From Fibrobacteria bacterium (lineage in GTDB: Bacteria; Fibrobacterota; Fibrobacteria; UBA11236), in NCBI GenBank assembly GCA_043745805.1, contig JAYTSD010000045.1, forward strand, positions 1 to 64,000: a stretch of 64,000 bases of DNA. Direction: 5' to 3'. Each line of letters starts with the position of its first letter. Position 1 is the stretch's first letter. The translations under genes and the position numbers were made by a program. The notes under the pieces are model-generated. The model was not told where the DNA came from, did not search any database, and was given only the letters and a program-made list of their open reading frames with translations. Shown here in pieces: positions 9,463-19,188 of the stretch.

Positions 9463-11873
9463 ACGAGTGCTTTTTGCGTATAGATATGGCCTTCAGCTTT
9501 CAGTGATACAATGTATATCCCTGGCATTAGATTCAGTTTTGTATTCGTTTCACCTGCGATCAGTTTGCTCGCGATCGGTCGCCCTTGCAGGCTACAAATG
9601 TAAAGTGATCCTTTGCCGAAGGTTGAAATGCTAAGTCCATTTTGCATAGTAGTAGAGATGGAAAATATTTGGGTTTTGGAAAATGCATTGTTGATAGGGT
9701 AGATGATACTTTGAGTTTGGGATTCTGGGACAAGGCGCATGTCATCGAAATACATATGTCCGGTTGATCCATTTGTCCCTGTCACTTGAAAATTAATGCA
9801 GTTAATAGCATTCATATTTCCAAAGGAGGATATGGGAATTTCAAGTATAGTCCATGCTGAGGCCGCGCTAATAGGAACGCTGGTGGAGTTTCCTCCGCCC
9901 ACAAATTGCATAGTCATATTTGCTGCTGGCCCCTTATAGGCGAAACGTATGGATTTATAACCTGCTGCATCCAAACCCACACCCCAAGTATAGAGAAGAA
10001 TGCCTCCACCGGAATATCCACCCGCAATGGTATAAGAAAAACCCCAAGCTTTTGTGGCTTCAAAGGCGCCTGTAGAAATTTCGGTTAAGGTTCCATTTGC
10101 ATTCCAACCAAAACTTGCAATGGAAGATACATCGGTATAAATGATAAAAGGGGATTTTGGTGCATTCACGGAAATACTAATTATCGAAGTTTTTTTATTC
10201 CCCGCATTATCCGTAATAGTAAGGGTAACTGATTTGGATCCAATGGCAGCGCCATTAGGCAAAGTATAGGAAAAGGTGTAGTTTCCGGTATTTATTTCTG
10301 CTTGCATAACTGTGTTTGTATTTCCACCCAAAGCTGAAAGATCAAGAATGGCGCTAGTAATATTGCCATTCAGTTTTTTTGCTTCGACGGAAAATGTAAC
10401 GTTTTGGTCAGCAGTATTCCACACCTCGGTAGGCGTGGCACTAAAATTGATAATAGATAGCCCAGTTGGGTCGGTTACCGTAAGAAAATCCAATTCGGTT
10501 ACAGAATAGGCTGCAAGAGTTACGGTCATAGATGTTCCTGGGCAAGCCTGTTCATTAGGCGCAGGAAGATCCTCTATGGCAGGACTTGGATTGAGTTTGC
10601 CATTATACATTATGCTTTGATCGGAGTTTGTACCATTAGAGGGTTTAAGTTCGTATATCAAAACTTTTTTTCCAGTTGGATCAAATCCATTAAATTTCAC
10701 TTCCACTGTCCTCTGCGTACTTTTATTAATCAGCATTACTTGTACACTGCCCTCTGCTTTTTTATGAGCATAAGTAGTAAGGGTATTAATAGTATCGGCT
10801 GTATTCGTAACATTTAATACTTCGGGTCCCATATGCGTCCATAAAGGAAGAATGAAATATCCTGGAGTAGGTGTATCGAGTGGTTTTGGTTCACCGTCGC
10901 CATAAAGAATTCCCCATGCGCCGTAACCTCCATTAGACCCGCCATGAATACATCCAAACCAAGTATGCCCTGCAACGCCTGTGCGAGTGAAAACCCCAAC
11001 TATATCGGCATTAATAATAGCGCTACCAATGGTGGTATTGATATTGCCTTTGTCGCCATGATTATTCCATTCGGTGATATAAAGCGGTTTTTGGGTAATC
11101 GTACGAATAAAATTCATATTGGCATACCAAGTTTGCGCAAGACCCACAATACCCGAATAAGCAGTGCCGTCGCCATACCAATGGAGTGAAATGGCATTTA
11201 AATTTTTATCACAATAACGTAAAAATACGGCTAATTCACCTTGAGCCCACCAATACCAAGTGTTTGCCGAGGCCGGGCCCATTACTGTAATTTCGGAATT
11301 GGCCGTTTTCATGGCAGTGGACTGATCGTTGAAGGTATTAAAATAGGGCTTTAATAAAATTGAATCTTGGGTGGGATAATTCCAATTTGTTGGTGGCATA
11401 CCTTCCGGTTCATTGCCTATTTCCCATAGCGGCGCATCGAAGCCCTTACTTTTACAGTAAGCAACCCAATCGGCCATATGCTTTCCCGTAGAATCGGCAA
11501 GTGTTCCCGCATCATTGATTTTACTGTGATAGGGGTTTGTTTGCATCAATAACTTTGCACCGATAGCTTTGCCATAAGCCCAAAGGGAATCCGTAGTGGT
11601 ACCGGCATGCGATCCGGCAATTTTGTCCCAATCCAAATAATTCCCGGGTACGCCACCAGGGTAACGTATAAGTTGTACACCCGCACGTCTCAAAGCCTGT
11701 CTACTACCTACGCTCCCCTGTTTGCTATCCCAAAATGCGGTGTAGTTAATGCCATGATAATTAGGCGATAGGGTATGAACAATAGTAGTGGTATTTACCG
11801 TGATACTATGCTCGGCACCAAAAGCAGAAACCCCCAGGCCGATGACCATTAAAAAAGCATTGCTTAATTTCAT
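9456..11873 (-). CDS. Multidomain clan GH-A glycoside hydrolase (GH44/51/79-like) with Ig-like domain, CBM-like domain and T9SS-like CTD
   Basis: IRYPGG, WEIGNEP (acid/base), SLHWY, YITEWN (nucleophile); tail SLQGR...PGIYIV...TQK. Confidence 0.8.
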   Translation of the reverse strand: MKLSNAFLMVIGLGVSAFGAEHSITVNTTTIVHTLSPNYHGINYTAFWDSKQGSVGSRQALRRAGVQLIRYPGGVPGNYLDWDKIAGSHAGTTTDSLWAYGKAIGAKLLMQTNPYHSKINDAGTLADSTGKHMADWVAYCKSKGFDAPLWEIGNEPEGMPPTNWNYPTQDSILLKPYFNTFNDQSTAMKTANSEITVMGPASANTWYWWAQGELAVFLRYCDKNLNAISLHWYGDGTAYSGIVGLAQTWYANMNFIRTITQKPLYITEWNNHGDKGNINTTIGSAIINADIVGVFTRTGVAGHTWFGCIHGGSNGGYGAWGILYGDGEPKPLDTPTPGYFILPLWTHMGPEVLNVTNTADTINTLTTYAHKKAEGSVQVMLINKSTQRTVEVKFNGFDPTGKKVLIYELKPSNGTNSDQSIMYNGKLNPSPAIEDLPAPNEQACPGTSMTVTLAAYSVTELDFLTVTDPTGLSIINFSATPTEVWNTADQNVTFSVEAKKLNGNITSAILDLSALGGNTNTVMQAEINTGNYTFSYTLPNGAAIGSKSVTLTITDNAGNKKTSIISISVNAPKSPFIIYTDVSSIASFGWNANGTLTEISTGAFEATKAWGFSYTIAGGYSGGGILLYTWGVGLDAAGYKSIRFAYKGPAANMTMQFVGGGNSTSVPISAASAWTILEIPISSFGNMNAINCINFQVTGTNGSTGHMYFDDMRLVPESQTQSIIYPINNAFSKTQIFSISTTMQNGLSISTFGKGSLYICSLQGRPIASKLIAGETNTKLNLMPGIYIVSLKAEGHIYTQKALVW

Positions 11874-12991
11874 TAGTACTCCACTTCCACATTATCTATC
11901 CAAACGGTTCCATTACCAACTTTATTAGTTGAATCGCTTACTCCAAATATTATTTCTCGGATTTGTGTGAGATTCACTCCCTTGAAAGCCGATATTAACG
12001 CTTCACTTTGAACAAATGAATTGGAGGTATTACCAATGAATACATTATTCGATACCGCATTATTATCACGGAGTTGAATATACAACCCATGACTGGTAGC
12101 TAGCCCTTTATAAGCCGCAATGATTTTGTTACAGTGACTAAAGTCATAAGTTGCCCCTTTCCACCAATTATCAAGATTTAATCCAACCCCAGCATAACCA
12201 TAAGTTGTATCCAGGATATAATCGAAGCGATAGGATTTTAAACCTTCATAGGCAGGCGTTACAGAATCTTGTATTAATGAACCCAAGGATGGATTGAACC
12301 AGGTTCCTGTTACTAAAGATTGATCGTCTTTATAAATCATCAAATTTCCGCGCACATTCAGGTTTTTGGAAATCACGGTTAAAGTGTCGGAGAGTGTGGT
12401 GGTGTTTGCGGGTGTGGATAAAGGTGAATATTCGATTGCGGCAATTGAACCTGCAGGAATGGAATCTAATAATACCGTTCCACGTTTTTTTGCTTCGCTA
12501 TCAATAAGTACCGTTCGCGTGGTACCGCGCATGAAAACATAACCTTCGCCTGTTTCTGCGGGAATACGCAGAACTACTGCGCCAGGCATACGCACTGTAT
12601 CTTTAGAGAAAATGGCTTGACCATTATTAAATACAATATTGGCATGCATAAGGCTCATACTGGTTTTGACATAGTGAATTTCAAGATTATAATGTGCATC
12701 TTTTTGGATTTTTGGTGAGAAGACAAATGCGCCAGATATATCAACAATAGCTTGATTTTCTGTGCTGACATCCCCTTGGACAATCGGATTGAAATCTTTA
12801 GGAATAAGGCGCACCAAGGCGCCTGAGGCAGACAGCCCTTCAGGTGTTACTATATGCCCGCGAACTAAGGCAACCGTTTCGGATCCATTGCCCTGAGCCG
12901 TTTGTGTGGGACCATTACAAGAAACTAATATGATTGTGGTAAGTATGATACTGAGTAAATTACTTAGAATGAAGCGTTGATTTTTGCTCAT
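11873..12991 (-). CDS. Lipoprotein with C-terminal CBM-like domain (TIGR02147-associated)
   Basis: Lipobox LVSC, GNGSET motif, beta-rich middle, C-terminal domain ending VWIDNVEV. Confidence 0.75.
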   Translation of the reverse strand: MSKNQRFILSNLLSIILTTIILVSCNGPTQTAQGNGSETVALVRGHIVTPEGLSASGALVRLIPKDFNPIVQGDVSTENQAIVDISGAFVFSPKIQKDAHYNLEIHYVKTSMSLMHANIVFNNGQAIFSKDTVRMPGAVVLRIPAETGEGYVFMRGTTRTVLIDSEAKKRGTVLLDSIPAGSIAAIEYSPLSTPANTTTLSDTLTVISKNLNVRGNLMIYKDDQSLVTGTWFNPSLGSLIQDSVTPAYEGLKSYRFDYILDTTYGYAGVGLNLDNWWKGATYDFSHCNKIIAAYKGLATSHGLYIQLRDNNAVSNNVFIGNTSNSFVQSEALISAFKGVNLTQIREIIFGVSDSTNKVGNGTVWIDNVEVEY

Positions 12992-13818
12992 AATTCGTTC
13001 CCTGGAAGGCGAGTGAGTGGGAAGGCTTGCATATTGATTTGCATGACGCGATCGATTTCTGTATCGGCATCGGCGAGTGCAAAAAGTTCTTTGCGAAGTG
13101 CGACCAATTTTTCCATGACTAGGGCATGGCTTTTAGCCGAAAGCCCCAGTGTGAGTGTTGCGGAGGTTCTTTGTTCACGAGGAATTTCCAACAAGGCGCG
13201 TTTTGCTAATTCCATAGTTTCGAGTTGAAAATTAACCACCGCAACAGATTGGTGATCATTACCGGTAGTAATAAAATCATTTTTGAGTTTAGTTTTTCCA
13301 TTCGGCAATTGCTCTATCATATTCAAGCGAGTAAGAATTGTCATTGCTTTTTTGGCTTGCGCTACGGTAATTGAAGGTGATAAGGCTTTGCTGAGTTTTT
13401 CAAAGTTACCATCAAATTCGTAGTAACCAAGTAGGGAACGAATAGCAGAATAGTACCATTTTTTATAAAACTCAAATTGCTCTTTATCTACGGTTTTTAC
13501 TCGGGTGTTTTTTACTTTGAGCAACTTCTCAGTGGAATGGCTGCGAATGCTATGGGATTGGGCTTGATTAGTTTCTACTAAGCTTAGAAAAAACTGTGAT
13601 TCCAACTTCCCGAGATAAAGTGCCGTTGCAAACCGCTGTGCCATATCCGGAGTGAGATTAGATTTTTTTTGTAAAACTTGAGTAATAAATCCGGCAGATT
13701 TAAGGCCTACTTTTTCGGAAAATGTTTTATAATTAAAGCCGCGTTCTTTATGCTTCAGCTCATCAAGCCGAGAGCGAAGGAAGAGGCGATAATCAACAAA
13801 TGTAAAAATAGTACTCAT
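12988..13818 (-). CDS. TIGR02147 family protein (N-terminal HTH-like, DUF4423)
   Basis: DYRLFL, KWYYSAIR, LSPSIT, FQLETMELAKRAL, QINMQAFPLT; typical ~275 aa length. Confidence 0.88.
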   Translation of the reverse strand: MSTIFTFVDYRLFLRSRLDELKHKERGFNYKTFSEKVGLKSAGFITQVLQKKSNLTPDMAQRFATALYLGKLESQFFLSLVETNQAQSHSIRSHSTEKLLKVKNTRVKTVDKEQFEFYKKWYYSAIRSLLGYYEFDGNFEKLSKALSPSITVAQAKKAMTILTRLNMIEQLPNGKTKLKNDFITTGNDHQSVAVVNFQLETMELAKRALLEIPREQRTSATLTLGLSAKSHALVMEKLVALRKELFALADADTEIDRVMQINMQAFPLTRLPGNEL

Positions 13819-13826
13819 AAAATATT

Positions 13827-15296
13827 TTAATGTTTCAGAAAAATTGACTTCGTAACTTCTTCGTTACTGTTGGTATATTTAAGAAAATATTGCCCTGAAC
13901 TTGCGGACTTCATTTGATCTTTTAATATTATGCCAATATTAGAGTCGCCATTGACCTTTAATGCTTTGACACGCACTCCTTGAACATCATATAGAGCGAA
14001 GGGGATTGATTCCGAAGTAGCAGTAGCTAATCTGTTTTTTATTGATTTATGTCCATAATTAGGTTTGTATAGGCTATTAACCTTTAAGGTTACCCCTCCC
14101 GCCGCAAAGAAGGCCGCGCCGCGAGTTTGCATAAAGGATTTTCCATCGGTATAAATATCATTGCCATAAGAGCTCACTCCGCCAGCACCAGCGCCGAATA
14201 GTAAAGCAATCACGCCGGCACTAGCAAATTGTTGGCAATGTTGAATGCCATTATCCCCTAAAAAATATTCAGGTCTATTGTCTTTGTAACCTTCGCGTGC
14301 ATTGCCATTATTATTCACATTGAGATGATTGGAATTACCCAGGGGTATTTGCCAGAGTACCCAAGGCTTTCCCGATTTGATATTCCATAAGTGCAACCAT
14401 TCTCGATAGCGATTGAAACTGCGCGAATTAACAGACGCTGTGGCGCTGGTATCCCACCAATGATTACCTCCATCATTCTTCACCACTTTATAATAATCAG
14501 CATCTCGATCCAAAGGATCGCCCACCAGCAAATCATAGGTAAGGCCCGTAACATTGGAGTTAAGTCCAAGCGGCGCGAGAAAATTATAAACCTTGTCGAT
14601 TTCGGGTTGTAAGGGAATGGTTACGCTATAAGCAAAAAGGTCCTGGCCGCTTGCCCAACCGGAAATATGTAAACCCAATAAAGCATTGGAAGCGCCCACT
14701 GCATTTTTAATCGCTAAAAAAGCGAGTCCAAAACCAGCAACCGTATTGGGAAGCCCCGCTAATTCGGGCATGCCACTGGCCGCAATGGCCGCATAGGTTT
14801 CTGATTTGCTACCCGTTTGATTTTGTAAGAAGCCCACTCCATCCGGTTCTAAAAGTATATAAACCGGTTTGCCAAATTCTTTAGCGCGTTGCATAAGGAT
14901 TTTAAAATCGCCAAAATAAGATTTCATAGTCGCGGGAGTTTGCACTTTAATTAAAAACTGCCCTTCTCCACCGCCAGGTTCATCATTCATTTGATAATAG
15001 GAAATCGCCGGAACGGTTTTGAGTCCATCGCATTCCTTCATATAGGACAAGGCAAAGCCACCATCATAGGCTCCAAAGCCCCAATTGTTCACCCAATTTT
15101 TAGTGAGATAGCGGTAACGCGCATTCCAAGCCACTTCACTATTCTTCATCCAAGTTCCTCCGGTATTTTCAAAAAGACCCACTAGCAGGGAAGTAGGAGA
15201 GGCTGCAGAGTATGCTTTTTGGTTTGTTAATCCAATGGCCAAAGCGCAAAAACTGAATGAGAGATAACAAGTGCTAAGTAAAATATTTTTTATCAT
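13827..15296 (-). CDS. Secreted putative glycoside hydrolase-like protein with T9SS-like CTD
   Basis: Signal peptide; Trp/Tyr-rich alpha/beta core with LLEPD and DPLDRD; tail YDVQG...GQYFLK...TK. Confidence 0.55.
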   Translation of the reverse strand: MIKNILLSTCYLSFSFCALAIGLTNQKAYSAASPTSLLVGLFENTGGTWMKNSEVAWNARYRYLTKNWVNNWGFGAYDGGFALSYMKECDGLKTVPAISYYQMNDEPGGGEGQFLIKVQTPATMKSYFGDFKILMQRAKEFGKPVYILLEPDGVGFLQNQTGSKSETYAAIAASGMPELAGLPNTVAGFGLAFLAIKNAVGASNALLGLHISGWASGQDLFAYSVTIPLQPEIDKVYNFLAPLGLNSNVTGLTYDLLVGDPLDRDADYYKVVKNDGGNHWWDTSATASVNSRSFNRYREWLHLWNIKSGKPWVLWQIPLGNSNHLNVNNNGNAREGYKDNRPEYFLGDNGIQHCQQFASAGVIALLFGAGAGGVSSYGNDIYTDGKSFMQTRGAAFFAAGGVTLKVNSLYKPNYGHKSIKNRLATATSESIPFALYDVQGVRVKALKVNGDSNIGIILKDQMKSASSGQYFLKYTNSNEEVTKSIFLKH

Positions 15297-15337
15297 AACT
15301 TTACTTTCATTTAAAAGTGTTTATAAATAACCAGCAT

Positions 15338-16618
15338 TTATTTTTCAATAGCCTCAGGTAAAAGAGATTTCCCTTTAGCATCAAATGAATTTCCCGAAGT
15401 ATTTTTGAAAATCATTTGCGGTAAGGCAATTTCTACCGTATTTTTCAGCGAAATTGTTTTTGCATTGCCTGAATATTTTTGATCATGATTAATACCTTCG
15501 GACCCGGTAACCTTTAATGCCCAAATACCCGCGGTATTATTGGCTGAATAAATAATGCGATTAATCGGATCAAAAATAATTTCCGACGCTCCATAGCTGG
15601 GCGTTATGGCGCTTTTAGTCCAATGCGTACCATCGGTTTCTGGAGTAGAAAACCATGCAAAATTTCCGGCTTGACCGCTGATATAAAGATTATTGCCATC
15701 ACAGGCCACATCTGTGAAATAGGCATAAGGTGATCCTGGAACCTGCTCCCATGTTGCGCCAGCATCGAAGCTGCGCATGGGTGCTTGATATCCACCCGTA
15801 TAAAATACGCCGGCTTTGGTCCAACAATGTCCAATGACTCCACCATGAGGACTTCCTTTATCCCATACATTTTTCCAAGTGGCACCAGCGTCGCGGGTGA
15901 TATACATGGAAGTCATATCTTCTACTACTACCCAAGTATCTTTGCTACCTATTTTAAGATCGGGTTCATACAGAAACGCAACACTCTTGGAAGGGGTCAC
16001 CATACCTGCTGCGGGAGGATGCACAATAAAAGTATTGCCACCATCTTTTGTTTCTAAGATCCCCGACGGACCATCGCTCCAATAATAATGCGAAGAGATG
16101 ATGACATGATTAAAGTCGGTAGGGTCCACATCATAATGTCCAACATCGGTAGTGGCCTTGGCTGACTTAACGGCATCCATGAATCCTTTGGTGCGAACCC
16201 ATTTGGCACCGCCATTCTGTGTAACCCAGAATCCCTGAGTTACGCTTCCTCCTGGAGACATTTCGGTGGCATACATATGCAGCGAATTTGCGGGATCGAT
16301 TCTAACCTTAAACGGAGCATCAAGATAATCTACGGTATCACCATAGTTTTGAGTAGCTGGTGGGTTACCTACGCGCGCCCAAGTCGATCCACCATCGGTA
16401 GATTTAATCAGTCCTAATTTGTCGCCATGTGATCCGGTAAGATATATCGTATTGGGATTACTGGGATCAACGGTCACGAGATTGACCATTTTGCCTGCAA
16501 TCGATGAGGGTGTGATATTGGTCCATACACCAGGGATGAGGTTTGGGTTTGTATGCGCTGTGAATGCAAGAAGAACCGTAACATACAAGAAATTTTGATT
16601 TAGTTCAAATTTGATCAT
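15338..16618 (-). CDS. Secreted Asp-box (BNR) beta-propeller protein, paralog 1
   Basis: Repeated S/TxDGGxTW; start moved to ATG 16618, which gives a signal peptide and removes the overlap with the upstream gene. Confidence 0.85.
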   Translation of the reverse strand: MIKFELNQNFLYVTVLLAFTAHTNPNLIPGVWTNITPSSIAGKMVNLVTVDPSNPNTIYLTGSHGDKLGLIKSTDGGSTWARVGNPPATQNYGDTVDYLDAPFKVRIDPANSLHMYATEMSPGGSVTQGFWVTQNGGAKWVRTKGFMDAVKSAKATTDVGHYDVDPTDFNHVIISSHYYWSDGPSGILETKDGGNTFIVHPPAAGMVTPSKSVAFLYEPDLKIGSKDTWVVVEDMTSMYITRDAGATWKNVWDKGSPHGGVIGHCWTKAGVFYTGGYQAPMRSFDAGATWEQVPGSPYAYFTDVACDGNNLYISGQAGNFAWFSTPETDGTHWTKSAITPSYGASEIIFDPINRIIYSANNTAGIWALKVTGSEGINHDQKYSGNAKTISLKNTVEIALPQMIFKNTSGNSFDAKGKSLLPEAIEK

Positions 16619-16634
16619 AAATTGCTCTTTTGTT

Positions 16635-17585
16635 TTATTGTTTATTGGGCGTTTGGAAGTAAATCGTACGTCCCCTAATGTCCAAATCGGATTTTTGCAT
16701 GTTCGAAAAATAGACTCCTGAGTTTTCATGGTATTTTCCAAGCGATACAAACATATAGATATTTGGTTTGTCGGCCGTTTTTAAAATTGTTTTTCGTTTA
16801 TAATTATTAATAGAAGTATTTCTCTTACTTTTAATCCAAGTGAGATATTTTGCGTACTTTGTACTCATGACCTTCCAAGCCATATTCTGAGCCCATAAGC
16901 CTTGTTCTACAGTGACCGATGCATTGTAAATTCCTTGGCCATAGAATGTGCTTCCGACCGGTGTTTCACCAGTTAGCACGCAGTAAAACGTGCAGGCAGC
17001 CAAATAGATTCCTAGGCTGTTGTTATGAACGCCATCAGACCAAAGTTCAAGACTAGGATTTTCCATAAGCGCTTGTCGAGCAACTGCTGCCACAGGAGTA
17101 AGAATAGCATTATTATTTTCTGCTACTCGTGTTTCCACAGCGATAAGAGAATCATTGGCGATTGTGGTATCGCCTCTAAATCCCATTGTACAGTAAACTA
17201 TGGCCTCGGAGCCTGAGTTATGAATTGCATCGATATAAGTTTTTCCCCATGCTGCAATATTATCGCGAGTCGGCTTATCGTATTGGAGAAAATATGCAGG
17301 TTGCTTGGATTCTTGAATGACCACATAATCGTAATGGCCAGTCTTAATTAGTTGCTCGGCATTTCGGTTTTGCCAATGATCTGCAAGCGTTGAGCCGCCC
17401 CAAAGTAAGGTGCTTTTTTTGATATTTACCCAAGTGTTTGCTTTTTGAATCATGATTGAAAGGGGTTCAGGAATATCATTCGTTAAACTGTTACCTATGA
17501 AGTAAACCGATAGCGTGTCGGCAAAAATTCCGCTTGATAATAAAAACATCAGCGAAATGATGCGAGAAGGTTTTTTAAGGTTCAT
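16635..17585 (-). CDS. Secreted SGNH/GDSL hydrolase (DUF4886-like)
   Basis: FIGNSLT, YVVIQE, DGVH; signal peptide; tail LDIRGR. Confidence 0.8.
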   Translation of the reverse strand: MNLKKPSRIISLMFLLSSGIFADTLSVYFIGNSLTNDIPEPLSIMIQKANTWVNIKKSTLLWGGSTLADHWQNRNAEQLIKTGHYDYVVIQESKQPAYFLQYDKPTRDNIAAWGKTYIDAIHNSGSEAIVYCTMGFRGDTTIANDSLIAVETRVAENNNAILTPVAAVARQALMENPSLELWSDGVHNNSLGIYLAACTFYCVLTGETPVGSTFYGQGIYNASVTVEQGLWAQNMAWKVMSTKYAKYLTWIKSKRNTSINNYKRKTILKTADKPNIYMFVSLGKYHENSGVYFSNMQKSDLDIRGRTIYFQTPNKQ

Positions 17586-17728
17586 AAAGTCCCCAATATC
17601 GACATTGTATTCCTAATTAAAGATACCTTAAAATTTAGTTAAAAACTAATATATTAAAATATTAAAACTATAAAACCAATAAATACAACATGTTATATAA
17701 TTAGATATTTAGTAGATAAATAAATAAA

Positions 17729-17757
17729 TTGATATTTATGATTCTGAGAAGTATCTT
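17729..17757 (+). promoter_or_regulatory. Putative sigma70 promoter for the rightward propeller cluster
   Basis: TTGATA-N17-TATCTT, 21 bp upstream of ATG 17779, in an extremely AT-rich divergent intergenic region. Confidence 0.5.
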
Positions 17758-17778
17758 AACTGAAATAATGGGGGTTAA

Positions 17779-19125
17779 ATGGTTTTTCCAATAAAACAGA
17801 ATTTGTGGGTTATGCTTTTATTAACTCTCACCATGGTTTTAGAGGCCCAAGCCAATCCAGTATTTGCGCAGGGGGTATGGAAAAATATTACCCCAACGGC
17901 TCTTAATCTCAACGGGACTTTTGGTACTCCAGGTATAGCAATTGACCCGACTAACACATCCACTTTGTACTTATGCAGTGACACTAAAGGCTTGTGGAAA
18001 ACAACCGACGGTGGCTCGAATTGGATTCGACTAGGTAACCCACCCGCTACACCTGATTATGGAACATCAGTCGAGTATTTAGATAGCCCAGTGCAAATTG
18101 GTGTGGATCCAAATAATGCAAATCATTTGTGGGCGACTCAGGGTGTTCGCGGAATCACTCAAGGCTTCTGGGAATCCCAAGACGGTGGTGTTACCTGGAA
18201 ACAACCTATCGGCTTCATAGCTATTTCCGCTGTGATTGGAACTCGTGATATAACTATGCTCGAAATCGATCCCGGTAACTTCAATCATGTGCTGCTTGGA
18301 TCGCATGGAAATTGGGTTGGAACTTCCTCGAGCGGCATTCTTGAATCAAGGGATGGAGGCATTACTTTTGTGGCTCATCCTCCTGCACTAGGATTTACTT
18401 CTGGATCGATGGGTGTGCATATTTTGCGTTATCTGGCTCTTGGCATTGGCAATGATAGTACTTGGCTTGTGCAAACCGATGGTAACGGTTTTTTCCGCAC
18501 TACCAATCGAGGAAATGTTTGGACCAAGGTTTCCGATTTTAGCAGCCCTCATGCTCCACCGCAGATTTATTATTCAAAGGACGGTACCATTTATTCTGGT
18601 GGTTACCAGTATCCATGCCGTAGCAATGACAATGGTATCACCTGGCAGCAAGTGTCCGCGGGAATTCCCTACGCCTATTATTCCGGTATCGTCGGTGATG
18701 GTAATTTTATCTACACCATGAAATCGTATGCTGCAAATAGTCCTATTGCTAATGACCCCTATTCCGTTTTGTCCGAAATCAATGGAAATACTTGGAAGGA
18801 TTATAATCCTCTCGGTACAGGCGTTCAGAAATTTGAAAATGGCCCTGGTACCATGGTGTTTGATAAGGTGAATCGGATTGTGTACGGTGCACATTGGACA
18901 GCGGGACTGTGGGCGCTTAAGGTAATCGATTCAGAAACAGGTATTTCTAAGAATGAAATAAATAAACAAATATCAACGGCATACCACTTACGAAAAGTTT
19001 ACCAAGTTATTTCTGGATTGAATAAACAATCAATTTCCCAATTCGACATATTACATGATACTAATGGTAAACGCATAAATAATAAAAATGTTGGTGATCA
19101 AGTTCTGATGATAAAACCGAAATAG
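17779..19125 (+). CDS. Secreted Asp-box beta-propeller protein, paralog 2
   Basis: Signal peptide; GVWKNITP; Asp-boxes; GLWALKV; tail HDTNGKR. Confidence 0.85.
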   Translation: MVFPIKQNLWVMLLLTLTMVLEAQANPVFAQGVWKNITPTALNLNGTFGTPGIAIDPTNTSTLYLCSDTKGLWKTTDGGSNWIRLGNPPATPDYGTSVEYLDSPVQIGVDPNNANHLWATQGVRGITQGFWESQDGGVTWKQPIGFIAISAVIGTRDITMLEIDPGNFNHVLLGSHGNWVGTSSSGILESRDGGITFVAHPPALGFTSGSMGVHILRYLALGIGNDSTWLVQTDGNGFFRTTNRGNVWTKVSDFSSPHAPPQIYYSKDGTIYSGGYQYPCRSNDNGITWQQVSAGIPYAYYSGIVGDGNFIYTMKSYAANSPIANDPYSVLSEINGNTWKDYNPLGTGVQKFENGPGTMVFDKVNRIVYGAHWTAGLWALKVIDSETGISKNEINKQISTAYHLRKVYQVISGLNKQSISQFDILHDTNGKRINNKNVGDQVLMIKPK

Positions 19126-19188
19126 CATAGCTATTAAAATATTTCTATTAAATAAAACAGTTATGATGATTTTCGAAAAAGGACTTTT

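Noticed and set aside
13827..15296. GH6 cellulase call
   Set aside because: Only the short EPD motif matches; other GH6 motifs not seen
16619..16750. N-terminal 44 codons of the track ORF 15338..16750
   Set aside because: Overlaps the upstream gene and precedes the evident signal peptide
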